Of a stretch of DNA of 63,364 nucleotides, positions 47,908 through 57,841 are shown piece by piece. Within the stretch, counting starts at the first letter, position 1, and each line of letters begins with the position of its first letter. The position numbers and the translations under genes were made by a program. The notes beneath the pieces were generated by a model that did no database searches, was not told the origin of the DNA, and saw nothing but the letters and a program-made list of their open reading frames with translations. The stretch comes from a virus. Taxonomy: Duplodnaviria > Caudoviricetes. The stretch spans positions 1-63,364 of IMG/VR virus record IMGVR_UViG_3300020581_000085; one strand, written 5' to 3'.

Positions 47908-48495
47908 ATGAAAGCTATTTCGCTCTGGCAGCCTTGGGCAACACTAATCGCATGCGGCGCTAAGCCGTTTGAGACGCGGAGCTGGGCACCCCCGCGCGAT
48001 CTGATCGGCCAGCATATTGCCATCCACGCGGCGAAAAAGATCGACAAGGGCGTGGCACAGTTCGCCGAGGAACTATCTTACGGCCAACACAAAGATGGCG
48101 GGTTCGATCTGGCTGACAAGATCGAAGCCTCAATGTCAGAAACGCCAGATGAATTGATGGGCCTGTTCGGAGAGGCGACGGCGATGCCCATCGGATGCAT
48201 TGTCGCGATTGCCAGACTCGACGCGGCATTCCAGTTGGGTGAGAAGTCCGAAGGAACAGCGTTCCCCGCCGCAAGCGTCGTGCGTCGTCTTATCAGCCGA
48301 CCAATGCCAGAATGTTTCACTATCCGTTACGACGACTTCGGTGACTACGCGCCGGGCCGATGGGCATGGCTGCTGAAGGACATCCAGCCGCTCAATCCCG
48401 CAATTGCGGCGAAGGGTGCACAGGGATTTTTCGAGTTGCCGCAAGGCTGGCTTGTGCCGGACTCGGTCGCTCTAAATCAGGGGGTGGAGAAATGA
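47908..48495 (+). CDS. ASCH domain protein
   Basis: 'AISLWQPWATLI..G.K..ETRSW', 'IAIHAAK', 'FGDY.PGRWAW', 'KGAQG'. Confidence 0.88.
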   Translation: MKAISLWQPWATLIACGAKPFETRSWAPPRDLIGQHIAIHAAKKIDKGVAQFAEELSYGQHKDGGFDLADKIEASMSETPDELMGLFGEATAMPIGCIVAIARLDAAFQLGEKSEGTAFPAASVVRRLISRPMPECFTIRYDDFGDYAPGRWAWLLKDIQPLNPAIAAKGAQGFFELPQGWLVPDSVALNQGVEK

Positions 48496-48836
48496 ATCTT
48501 GTTAGTTCTGACAGCCGCAACCAAACGGAACGTCTGCTCAACGCCGCGATGGATCACATTTGCGATACGCACGAGCAGCCGACAGATCCTCGCGCATGGG
48601 ATCATCTGTTGATCTACTGCCCGCGAGAGATTTTGGAGCGCCGTCTCGTATCTCTACATCAAAAGGTGCCCGATGCATCTAATGATTAAAAAGTCGTGGT
48701 TTAGAAATAGATGGAGCGTCTACGAGATGGGACATCTTGAGGGCGACTGGACTTGGCTCGCCACCTTTCAAAATTTCAATGACGCCCACGCTTGGATGAG
48801 CCTAGTGACGCGCCCACAACACGCCGGAGATTCCAA

Positions 48837-49268
48837 ATGATGACGGACCTTTTGCCATGCCCGTTCTGCGGTTCGAAGAATATAGACCCGAAAGGATGGG
48901 CATCGACCGATCGCGCTGGTCCTGCGTGTGATGATTGCGCCGGTAGTGCTGATACCGTCGAAATCTGGAACACTCGACCAGGAGCCAAGCATATCGAGGT
49001 AGATATCGGGGCGGCCGCAGCTGCATTGCAATCCAGTCCCGAACTATGCGCCATGATGAACGAGATGGTCGGCGGACCGGCACTCGTCGAGGCCCAATCT
49101 CAGATCGAGAGACTTCAAGAAGCTCTCCGGTTCATTGGAGATTGGGTTGCTCGGCCTCCCTCGGCATTCTCGATGGGCGCGCTCGATGTTGTGTTTAAGA
49201 AAATCCGCAACAAAATCGACGAGACGCTGGGCGTGGTCTCTTCGCATGAACGGGTGAAGGAGGAATAG
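48837..49268 (+). CDS. Lar-family (restriction alleviation-like) zinc-ribbon protein
   Basis: 'LLPCPFCGS...C..C...WNTR'. Confidence 0.75.
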   Translation: MMTDLLPCPFCGSKNIDPKGWASTDRAGPACDDCAGSADTVEIWNTRPGAKHIEVDIGAAAAALQSSPELCAMMNEMVGGPALVEAQSQIERLQEALRFIGDWVARPPSAFSMGALDVVFKKIRNKIDETLGVVSSHERVKEE

Positions 49269-49442
49269 ATGGCAAAGTTAAAAAAGCGGGATGACCGAGT
49301 ATTCGACGTGACAGTTTGGAACTTGATGGATGGCGATATTGTCAAGAAGGGCTGGAGTCTTTCCCCGGCCGAGGTCGCCGAGATTGAGGAACAGTTTGAA
49401 GATGAGCCGATGTGTCAGGTTCAGATTGAAGAGGTTTGAGCG

Positions 49443-50729
49443 ATGCCTAAACGCATTCCAATAGCGACAGCCAAGGCGGTGGCCGAGAAACATGACCTGC
49501 GACAGGTCTTGCTGGTCGGATATGACGGCGAACTTGTCCATGTGGTCACATACGGCAAGACGAAGGCCGATTGTGAGCAAGCCGCCAAGGCGCAGGATTT
49601 TTGGACGGGAAAAATCCGAGAGTTTTCTTTTGAGGGCACTCGGTGTCCACAGGAGACCGAGTGATGTGTGGCCTTCTGCTTTTTGTTGGAATCATCGTCG
49701 GACTGATTTTGTGGATGCGTTACGAAGACAGCAAAATTAATACGGATTTTTGATCATGAGTGAACACCATTTGCCGTGGGTTTATAGGCCGCGCCACTTC
49801 GATGATTGGGGCTGGATCAGGGACTTCGCGGGAAATATTGCCGCGATTGCCAGGGGCGATGACGGCAGCAAATCGCACGATCAGCACAGGTCGGACAAAA
49901 CCGATCCATATGGCGAATACGCCGCCTTCATCGTCAAGGCCGTCAACAACCACGATGCGCTTGTTTCGGCACTGAAGGAATGCGCTATCCGGCTGCGATA
50001 CGATGGTGACCTATTCCGCGATCAAGGCAATGAGATGCGCCGAGATGCTTCGTGGAAGGCGCAAGAAATGGCCGAAGCTGTACTCGTTCTTGTGGGAGGA
50101 CCGGGCCATGAGTGAAATGATAGATCGAGTCTACAAGGTTCTCGAAGAACACTTTTGGAGAGATGATAGCGAAGGCTCTGACTGTGGGCAGATGCTCTAT
50201 ATTCAAACGGCAGCGAGACTTGTTATTGAAGCGATGCGCGAGCCGACCGCGGAAATGCTGTTTGTTGGAAGCAACGACGAGGCGGGATTCACTGAACGTA
50301 ACTTGCTCCAAAGCTGGCATTTGATGATCGACGAGGCGCTTGCCGCTGTCACTCCGGCAAACCACACCAACAAAAAATCAACGTAAAGGAGTTAACGTGT
50401 CATCCATCACCAATGACGTTGCCGAGCTCGAATCCTTGGTCGAATCGCTTCAGGCCGAGAACCGGATCCTGCACAATACGAAGGTCCAGCATGAGTTTGA
50501 GCTTTTCGAACTCCGGCAGAACAACAAGAAGCTTCAATTAGAGCGGGACCAGGCAAGGGATGCCTGTACCACGATGAAGTTGATCCTGGATGAGGCTGGG
50601 GCCGCAATTATTCATGGAATGAAGAGGTTCCGGGAGATCAGCCGAGATCGCCAAGCCAAGGATTTGGAAAAGGGCGAGGGCTTGCCGCTATTTCTCGAAA
50701 AGGAAGCCCCAGAGCAAACGGTTCAATGA
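49443..50729 (+). other. Run of small hypothetical early genes (49443-49664, 49750-50115, ~50108-50386, ~50397-50729)
   Basis: Coupled ORFs with phage-like motifs (e.g. 'AFIVKAVNNHDALV', 'IEAMREPT.EM'). Confidence 0.55.
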
Positions 50730-51531
50730 CCGTTTTGCCTGAGCGGCGCGGTCATTTCCTCGTTGGCCTCATAAATCGTTGTTATGTACGGGATATTGTT
50801 GCGGAATATCCATACGTCCCGCAGCAGACAGCGAACCGGATGGGGCGAGCTAGCGGCCTCTCTTAGCCTTTGGATTAACTCATCCGATTCGGCGATTGCC
50901 TGCTCATATTTGGACATCACGTCTTTCTTTCGGTGAACAGGAACGTCTTTAGTTCGGCCATTACGGTTAGAGCCCGGTCTGATAAATCCTCTAGCTTTTC
51001 GTCACGGGTTCTTACCTCTTGCAATAACCGGACCCGTTCGGCGTTGAGCCAGTAGACGGCCATCAATAGCATCGGCGCGCACCAAGCGCCGCCTTCCTTC
51101 ACATAGGCGATCCAATCAATCCCTGCTTCAACAGCACCCACCCCTGAGCCTGCATTTCATTTTCTATTTTGCATTAACAACAGCTTTGGCCCCTTCCAAG
51201 GCCATCGCCTTCAAAACATCGTCAGAAATGGCAAACCCGTAGCCGCTTTTGTCGGCATCGGCTCGAAGGATGGCGAAAAGAGCATCAATCTGCGTTTGGG
51301 TGGGTTCGATCATTCTTCGACTCCATCTTTTAAGTTCATTGATGATACTTCGCCAGCCTTCACCCCTCTAGCGTAGCTTTCCTTGTCGGTTGATTCTATC
51401 AGCCTATCGGTCAGGGAATTAGTAGCCTTATGAACTTGTTCAATCTTCTTGCCGTTCCGGTAGCTCTGGTAAAAATTCAATGCCAACACTAGAGCGGTTA
51501 TCAATTGTGCGATTTCCCCCAGTGTTGGCAT
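50723..51531 (-). other. Small genes at the end of the lysis block, including single-TM proteins 50917-51141 and 51310-51531 (holin/accessory candidates)
   Basis: N-terminal TM followed by coiled coil. Confidence 0.5.
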
Positions 51532-51541
51532 TGTTTCATCC

Positions 51542-52240
51542 TCAGTATTTTAGGGAAACACCGATCCGGGCCATGTTGCCCGGCTTTACGCAGTTGGATC
51601 CGAAACAAATTGAGTTGGTGGCATTCATCTGCCAACCAGCCCAAGTATCGACGACCATATTGTTAGAATATCGGGTCAGAAGACCGATTCCTATAATCGG
51701 CGCCACAACCCAGTTGTGAGCGGACGGATTGTTTCCGATTTGAGCCCCGAAGTCCTGCTCCACGAGGCCAGCGAAGCCGTATGAGGCCGGGGCACCTGGT
51801 GTAGCGCCCGGCGTTGATGGCAAGGCAGGGACCGCAGGCAGATTCAAGTTCGGCAGAATGCCAGAAAGGTACTGCTGGATTGGCGATCCAACGCCAACGC
51901 GCTCAATGAATACGCCTGGCCCAGAGAGAGCCAATCCATTGGTCCCGCCGTTGAGGTTGGAGAAACCGCCTTGGACTTCAACAAACCCAAACGCATTACC
52001 CGCGAATGGGCAGGTATAACCTAGTATGGCGTCAAGATCGCCTTGGACAATTTGAGTGCCCACAGGCCCGCCCGAGACCGCGCCGGCATTCCCGCCAGTT
52101 CCGACACCGTAGTAGAAACCACATCGGGTAGGATAGCCTGACGTCAGAGCCTTATTGATTGCGCCGAGGCCCGCCAGGTCCGCAGCATTAGCCGCACTAG
52201 ACAAAAGCCCAAGGGCAAGAACGATACTTCGAATCTTCAT
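51542..52240 (-). CDS. Outer-membrane beta-barrel-like protein
   Basis: Signal peptide '...SSAANA|ADL', 'CGFYYG', alternating strands, C-terminal aromatic 'RIGVSLKY'. Confidence 0.65.
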   Translation of the reverse strand: MKIRSIVLALGLLSSAANAADLAGLGAINKALTSGYPTRCGFYYGVGTGGNAGAVSGGPVGTQIVQGDLDAILGYTCPFAGNAFGFVEVQGGFSNLNGGTNGLALSGPGVFIERVGVGSPIQQYLSGILPNLNLPAVPALPSTPGATPGAPASYGFAGLVEQDFGAQIGNNPSAHNWVVAPIIGIGLLTRYSNNMVVDTWAGWQMNATNSICFGSNCVKPGNMARIGVSLKY

Positions 52241-52316
52241 TTTTCATTCCCCATGTTCGAGTTGAAGAGGCCCGAACATACTCCCGAAGACATTCGTTAA
52301 CTGTTGCCTAAATGTC

Positions 52317-52679
52317 TCACGACGCGGCTTTTGCAACCAAGGCTGGCCTGATATCAGGTGTCGCTGGACCAACCTTTGTCTGTGCTGGGTCGACGGCGAC
52401 AGACGCGGCTGCTGGTGACGCATTTTCGTTGATGCTGATTCGCTCGACGCCGGGCATAGCGGCTACGTCCTGTATCTGCGCGGTTTGGGTTGTCAGCGCC
52501 ACGGTTATCCCTTGGAGGACCATATTCAGAAGGCCGGCAACGGTTACAATTGTCTTTGCGAGCGGCGCTCCAAGAAGATCGGTCAACTGCGCGGAACTAA
52601 CCATCAAAACGCTAATAATCACTCCAATAATTTGAATTATCTGCTTACCGTTAAGATTCAACATCTTAATCCCTTTCAT
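52317..52679 (-). CDS. Two-TM membrane protein (holin candidate)
   Basis: Two hydrophobic helices; two genes downstream of the endolysin. Confidence 0.5.
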   Translation of the reverse strand: MKGIKMLNLNGKQIIQIIGVIISVLMVSSAQLTDLLGAPLAKTIVTVAGLLNMVLQGITVALTTQTAQIQDVAAMPGVERISINENASPAAASVAVDPAQTKVGPATPDIRPALVAKAAS

Positions 52680-52870
52680 TCAACTAGTTTGTCTGTGATG
52701 ATTTTAGCCGCGCCGTCGTAAGCTTTTACCAATGAACCAAAGCCGTTACCAAACTTGTCTAAGGCTTGTGGGTCTCGAGCGGTGATATTCCCCGCCATGA
52801 CGCGAATCAGCAGGCCCATCTCGTCGTCTAAGGCATTGTCTAGGGCTTTGAGGGCGGTTTCTCGCTTCAT
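52676..52870 (-). CDS. Hypothetical protein
   Basis: MKRETALKALD...; ATG overlaps endolysin stop. Confidence 0.55.
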   Translation of the reverse strand: MKRETALKALDNALDDEMGLLIRVMAGNITARDPQALDKFGNGFGSLVKAYDGAAKIITDKLVE

Positions 52871-53763
52871 ACGTCGAGCCGCTTGGCGAGAGTTTTGAGG
52901 GTTTCCAATCTGGCGATCCCATCTTCCGCCAATCCATTCGCCGCTTGGAACCGCTTGACGGCGGCTATCGTGCCCGGGCCATATTGGCCATCGACCGATA
53001 TTTGCTCGTCGGAGATTGCGTTCAAACTCGCCTGTACCCATGCCACGCTGAATTTCGGGTGAATCGGTGCCGGGACTGGAGACGGTGGGGCCTCGGGCGC
53101 AGGAACGGGGACAGGGTCAACAGAAACGGCCACTGGCGCGGGTTCCGCTATGGGCTCTCTCAGGCCCTTCTCGAATAGATCGGCCTCTTGGCGGCGCCTA
53201 GACTGCAATCCAGGCACGTTCGGCCATAGACGTTGCATTGATCGGATATTGCCGGGGATGGCCGCGAAGTTCTTATCCGCCATGTTGGCGTGGATCTCGC
53301 GCATTTCGAGGTAGCGGTCGCCCGCCCCGTTGAATGACGCGCCGCGGTTATAGGCGAGGGAAACGAGGGAACCGAACGAATCGCCCGACAGCAAATCGCA
53401 GTTCGGCAAAGCCTTCTCGACCAAAGCTTCCCATTTTGGCATGTCGTGGTTCTGGAACACGGCCATTGCGGCTGTCCAAGACACAGAGACGGCATTGCGG
53501 ATTTTGTGGGTTTCGACTTGAGCCCTAGCGCCAGTCATACCGGCCGCCGCGCCAAGTTTGCTAATCATGTCAGCGGTTAGATACTGGCCCCAATCCGAGG
53601 CGATTTGCGCCGCGGTCTCAAACCCGCAATCGTACCCTATGCCGATCGTCACTCCAGAGGCGCCGCCCGGCCAAGTTGGCGGACGATAGAGTTTATTATA
53701 CGTTTCTTCCGAGCTCACCTCGAAAAAAACGATCATAGACATTGCGGCAGGGGATGATCTCAC
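52867..53763 (-). CDS. Endolysin: lysozyme/pesticin-like muramidase plus C-terminal peptidoglycan-binding domain
   Basis: 'FE...SGVTIGIGYD.G', 'LVSL.YNRG', 'GL..RR..EA.LF', Pro linker, 'VDG.YGP.T.AAVKRFQ...GL..DGIA'. Confidence 0.88.
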   Translation of the reverse strand: MRSSPAAMSMIVFFEVSSEETYNKLYRPPTWPGGASGVTIGIGYDCGFETAAQIASDWGQYLTADMISKLGAAAGMTGARAQVETHKIRNAVSVSWTAAMAVFQNHDMPKWEALVEKALPNCDLLSGDSFGSLVSLAYNRGASFNGAGDRYLEMREIHANMADKNFAAIPGNIRSMQRLWPNVPGLQSRRRQEADLFEKGLREPIAEPAPVAVSVDPVPVPAPEAPPSPVPAPIHPKFSVAWVQASLNAISDEQISVDGQYGPGTIAAVKRFQAANGLAEDGIARLETLKTLAKRLDV

Positions 53764-53764
53764 G

Positions 53765-53797
53765 AAAAACGGCCCACCTTAGGGTTAAGGTGAGCCG
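53765..53797 (-). terminator. Terminator-like hairpin immediately upstream of the endolysin
   Basis: CGGCTCACCTTA-ACCC-TAAGGTGGGCCG followed by TTTTT on the - strand. Confidence 0.65.
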
Positions 53798-54021
53798 CCT
53801 GCCGTGAACAGTTATGCGACGGATTGCCACAATTCGTCAAGGTTGCGGGTCTTGAACTACTTTCGCGGCATAGATGTAAGGGTACGGAGACGTGATAATA
53901 ATTCGGCAAATCGCGCCGTTTTCATCAATGATAGCGGTGCATTTACTAGTTTGCCTTCCCCATTGGTCAACGGGAAATGGTTTGGCGTCGCGTTCCGCCT
54001 CTTGCTCTGTGATCGTTTTCA

Positions 54022-54282
54022 TCAGATTTCCTCAACTATCTTGCGAAGGGGCCGTTTTTTCTCTCTCACGGGTGGAATTTCGGGGAAACGAGAGGCTTGG
54101 CCAAGTGTTTTGGTCCACAGTTGTTTGACGTAAGCCTCTCGCGACGCGGCAAAATCCAACCCCCAATGGCGGCATATTTGCCTAGATCGGCCGGACGCTT
54201 TGGCGATCTCAAAAGGGGTTGCCAGCCCCTTCCGCATTAACGAAATAGCGGCGTGACGGATATGATCGTTACGGGCGGCCAT
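54022..54282 (-). CDS. HTH-containing protein
   Basis: 'ATPFEIAKASGRSRQICRHW'. Confidence 0.6.
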   Translation of the reverse strand: MAARNDHIRHAAISLMRKGLATPFEIAKASGRSRQICRHWGLDFAASREAYVKQLWTKTLGQASRFPEIPPVREKKRPLRKIVEEI

Positions 54283-55880
54283 GTTGACGCTCTTTGAACG
54301 TCGCAGGCTGTATCCATTGAATGTTGAATGACGGGCCAAACGTGCCGCGACCATAGGTGATTTGCTTGGCCTTCGGGTATTGCTCGATTGCTGCAGCGAT
54401 AGCTTCCTCCTCCGAATCGAAAGGGCCGACCATTTGCTTAATCTTGCCGATCGGATGCGCCCAATATTGAGCCGACATGGCTATTCCTCCGTTTGCTCCG
54501 TAAACCAAGAAACTAAATCGAGCTGATCCGCCTCATCTGAGAAAAGGCCAATGTCGCAAGGTCTCTGCGGCTTTGACGGCCGCAACGGTTGCCTAGCCTT
54601 CAGCCTCGCAAGCGATATTTGCTCCGCGCCAGGAATGACGCCTTGCGGCTTTCCATCGGCGCCGACCTCAAAATGGAATTGTGTCTCCATAATAAAACCC
54701 CTCTTTGCTGGTTAGGATATCAAGTGCATAGTGTGATCGGGCTATCTCGCATTGCTGCCGATAGCGGTGAAGCATTTCGATACAAGCCTGTTGGAACGGG
54801 CTCATTTCCTTGAAGCCGCGAGCGTCGTAGTAGGCTTGGCTGGTCATATAGACCTTGTGCGCTCCGCCTCCGCCGTTTCGCTGATAGCGGTCGGCGGAGA
54901 CGTGACGCAGCTCCGCCATTGCGTTGGAATCGAATGCCATGGTTCAAGCCGCTACTTTCGGACGATCAAGCTGGAATTGCTCGATTACGGCGTTGGCCTC
55001 TGCCAACCATCGCGGCCTTTGCTTTTCCACCCACGCAGCAAGCTTAGCCTTAGCTTTCGTGGCTTCGCCGCTCGAAAGGAAACCGGCGTGAACGGAAAAA
55101 CTATCCCCGAAAAGGTCTGCTACCAACCACTTAGCTTCGTCTTCTGTGATCCGGAAATGGCGCGCGGCTACGTCGAATTGTGGCCGTTGCCAATGAGTCC
55201 CTCCGAGATGGTAGAAGCCATTTTCCAGCGCGTGCATTGGAATGCCGTCGATATCTGACAAGTGCAAATCGGCAAGCGGCTGTAAATCTGGCCAATGCTT
55301 CAAAATTTCGTCATGGCAGCATCCGCCGAATTTGGATCCGCGATCTTTTCCATCTGCGGTTAGCGAGAAGTATGGCTTTGCGTTACCTCTGTGCCAAGAA
55401 AGCGCGGCGGTTGCCGTGATGTAGTAGCGGTTTTCTCTGTCAATAAATTTACGGATCATAGTCGTATTCCCCTCTGTTAGATGATTGTCAGGAAGTGAAG
55501 AACGTGGACGGCCGAAACGAAGCAGCAAATCGCCAATGGCCAGATGACGAGATGTTCTAGGGCGGTCATTGGTTAACCGCATTCGAATAATCAAGGCCGG
55601 GATAGGCAGGCATTGATCGGGTCACGCGATCCAGAAATGGATCATGCGGCCGGTTGGCGATTGAAACGCCGCGCGCCCCATGCTCGATAGATGCAGCGGC
55701 ACAATTCGGCTTTGTGACCCTAGCTAAGGCCTCGTCTAGCCTCTCGATGAGCCATTTCTGATCTTCGCAACCAGCCACGGCATAAGCGGCCGCTTGGAAA
55801 GCCCTTGTTGCGGTTTCTGCTTCGAAATAGGCCGGACGATATTGACCCAAGAAATAGATTGACGCGGTATAAGCCATTTC
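54269..55880 (-). other. Leftward cluster of small early hypothetical genes (54269-54478, 54481-54690, 54668-54940, 54944-55459, 55566-55877)
   Basis: Tandem ORFs with GAGG/GAGGGG SD motifs; starts approximate. Confidence 0.55.
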
Positions 55881-56039
55881 GGTATCCCCTCTGTTTCGGT
55901 AAGGATACCTTGTCAGATGATTTGATATTTGTCCATAGGCAAAAACGAAAAATCTCAAAACTATTTTAGTTCTGATGTGATTTCAGATATTTGAGGCTCA
56001 GGAATTTGGGCGCAATTCGTCCCCGTTTCTGCCTCCTCC

Positions 56040-56530
56040 TCTAAAAAGCCCTTGCTGGCTTTGAGGAGTGACCCGGCAGGCCACCATTTCATCCCCGTAT
56101 TCCGCGCTATCCTTTTATCGGTGGACCAAGCCGGCCTCCCTAGACCGAGACCCTGCGAGCAAGGCCCTGGACTAGGGAGCTATTCTAGCTCCAAGCTACG
56201 CTTTCCCATTTGGCCTGCCGTCCAAGCGGTTTTGAGCGTAAGGCGAGCAATATTCGACGTAGAATCACTCTCGCCTGCGTTTGTCTCTCAGGGCGGTGTG
56301 CAGCCCATTCGAGCCGTCGGGGATAGCTTTCGCTATGAGGGTCCCGGCGGGGAAATCCGTCTTGAGGAAGGTGGCTTGCGCTCTGTCGGAACTAGGTCCG
56401 GGCTGCGGGCTTTGCGGTTGACCGAGGCGGGATGCGTGCCATATAAGGCTTGGGCGCCGCGCTCTTTTCCAAACTGCCCCATCAAGCCAGTTTGGGCCGA
56501 ACCCGTCCTGCTCAACCAGGGCGGGTTTCG
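56040..56530 (-). ncRNA. Candidate long structured ncRNA B
   Basis: - strand TTGATT(56561)-N17-TAGAAA; helices 56074-83/56211-20 (10 bp), 56136-43/56172-79, AGGCGAG/CTCGCCT; GAAA tetraloop hairpin at 56323-36 on the - strand. Confidence 0.55.
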
Positions 56531-56537
56531 TGTTTCT
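56450..56537 (+). ncRNA. Candidate counter-transcribed antisense RNA to ncRNA B
   Basis: + strand TTGACC(56418)-N17-ATATAA; hairpin 56469-56495, then terminator-like hairpin 56500-56527 with T-rich tail. Confidence 0.5.
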
Positions 56538-56549
56538 AGCCCTATTTCA

Positions 56550-56577
56550 TTGCAAAATCAACGCCCCGTGCTATGAT
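56550..56577 (+). promoter_or_regulatory. Sigma70-type promoter
   Basis: TTGCAA-N16-TATGAT with extended TG. Confidence 0.55.
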
Positions 56578-57067
56578 CGCAAATCAACCCGTGGCGGGGT
56601 CATTCGGTTGGATAGCAGGGGATTCGGCCGCCGCGATGAAAGATTGCTTGCCGCTCGCTAACGGGAAGGCACGTGGTATTCCGGTTCAAAGCAATCGTCC
56701 CCTGCAAAAAGGCTTCGCAATGAGGGATAAACCCTATCCAGCTTGCGCACCTGGTCTCGGTGGTATCTGCACGATATGCGGCCACGGGCCCTGCACAAAG
56801 ACGGATTTGGCCAATGACGTGATTCTTCCGGCGATCGGCGCCGCGGCTCTATTCGCGGCTTGGTATTACGACTATCTGCCGTGGAAAGTCATAAAGGCGA
56901 TTTTGACGGAGGCGGTATGAGTGAAACGCTTTACGTTTATCGCTGGGATCGCCAAGGCCGCAAAAACGAGATTTGCCGCATTCTGGCCAGAGGCAAGATG
57001 AATAGCTGTCTCGCCGAGTTTGAGGATGGCTACCAGATGATAACCAGCCGAAACGCATTCCGCCGGC

Positions 57068-57529
57068 TCAAACCTCTTTCGCCCGCTTCCTCCCCACCTT
57101 CGGCCTCCCGCTCAATCCCGTCTCAGGATCTATCGCTCGAAAGCCAACCGCCGGCCTCTTCGGTGGATTAGCCAAGGCATAGGCTTCCAGCTCCGCTATC
57201 AGCCTATCCCCAGCCTCACAGCGCGCCCTGATAGCCTCAGACAGCATCAAGGCCGCCGCTGCAGGCATCACCTGTTTCCCCTTCCACCACCCCCTCATCG
57301 TCTCTAACGCATACCGACCACCAAACAATTCTACAGCGCCCTTCTGTAGTCCTGGATAATCGTCAATATTCCAAGGCAATACCCACCGCGTACCTCGCAC
57401 CGCAATAGGCTTAGCCCCATGCGCTATATATTTTGGGCTTAGTGAACGCGGACGTTTGCGGACATATGATCGAAGGCCGTGTTTATCTGCGATTTCAAGG
57501 GGTTTTTGAGCTGTTTCGGCCTCGCGCAT
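57068..57529 (-). CDS. Hypothetical protein
   Basis: 153-aa ORF with basic C-terminus. Confidence 0.55.
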   Translation of the reverse strand: MREAETAQKPLEIADKHGLRSYVRKRPRSLSPKYIAHGAKPIAVRGTRWVLPWNIDDYPGLQKGAVELFGGRYALETMRGWWKGKQVMPAAAALMLSEAIRARCEAGDRLIAELEAYALANPPKRPAVGFRAIDPETGLSGRPKVGRKRAKEV

Positions 57530-57794
57530 AGGGCATTCGTAAGGCTATCAGGCGGGGTCGGCAAGCGATCCTAGCTGTATTGTCAGCCATGCGATGCGAT
57601 GTTCTCATATTCACCACCTAACCCATTGATATATAACGGCACCGTCTCGTTGGTCCGGTGTTGGGGAATGACTGATGCGGCGAGAAACCGCAGCCAGGTG
57701 ACGAATCAGGGGCTATTTTTCTTGGCGTCGGCCCACGAGCGAGTGGCGAAGCGGGGTGGCGCCCGTCTTCGCCCCGCATAGAAAAAATAAACAT

Positions 57795-57838
57795 GCGTTA
57801 CCTCTTGACGTAACGCCGTTACCCGGTTCTAGGTAACG
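57795..57838. promoter_or_regulatory. Tandem palindromic operators over a TTGACG promoter
   Basis: CGTTAC-N8-GTAACG and CGTTAC-N10-GTAACG just upstream of ATG 57842. Confidence 0.6.
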
Positions 57839-57841
57839 CTA

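Noticed and set aside
56052-56576. 174-aa ORF on +
   Set aside because: TTG start, no recognisable motifs, and it overlies a densely base-paired region better explained as RNA; not formally excluded
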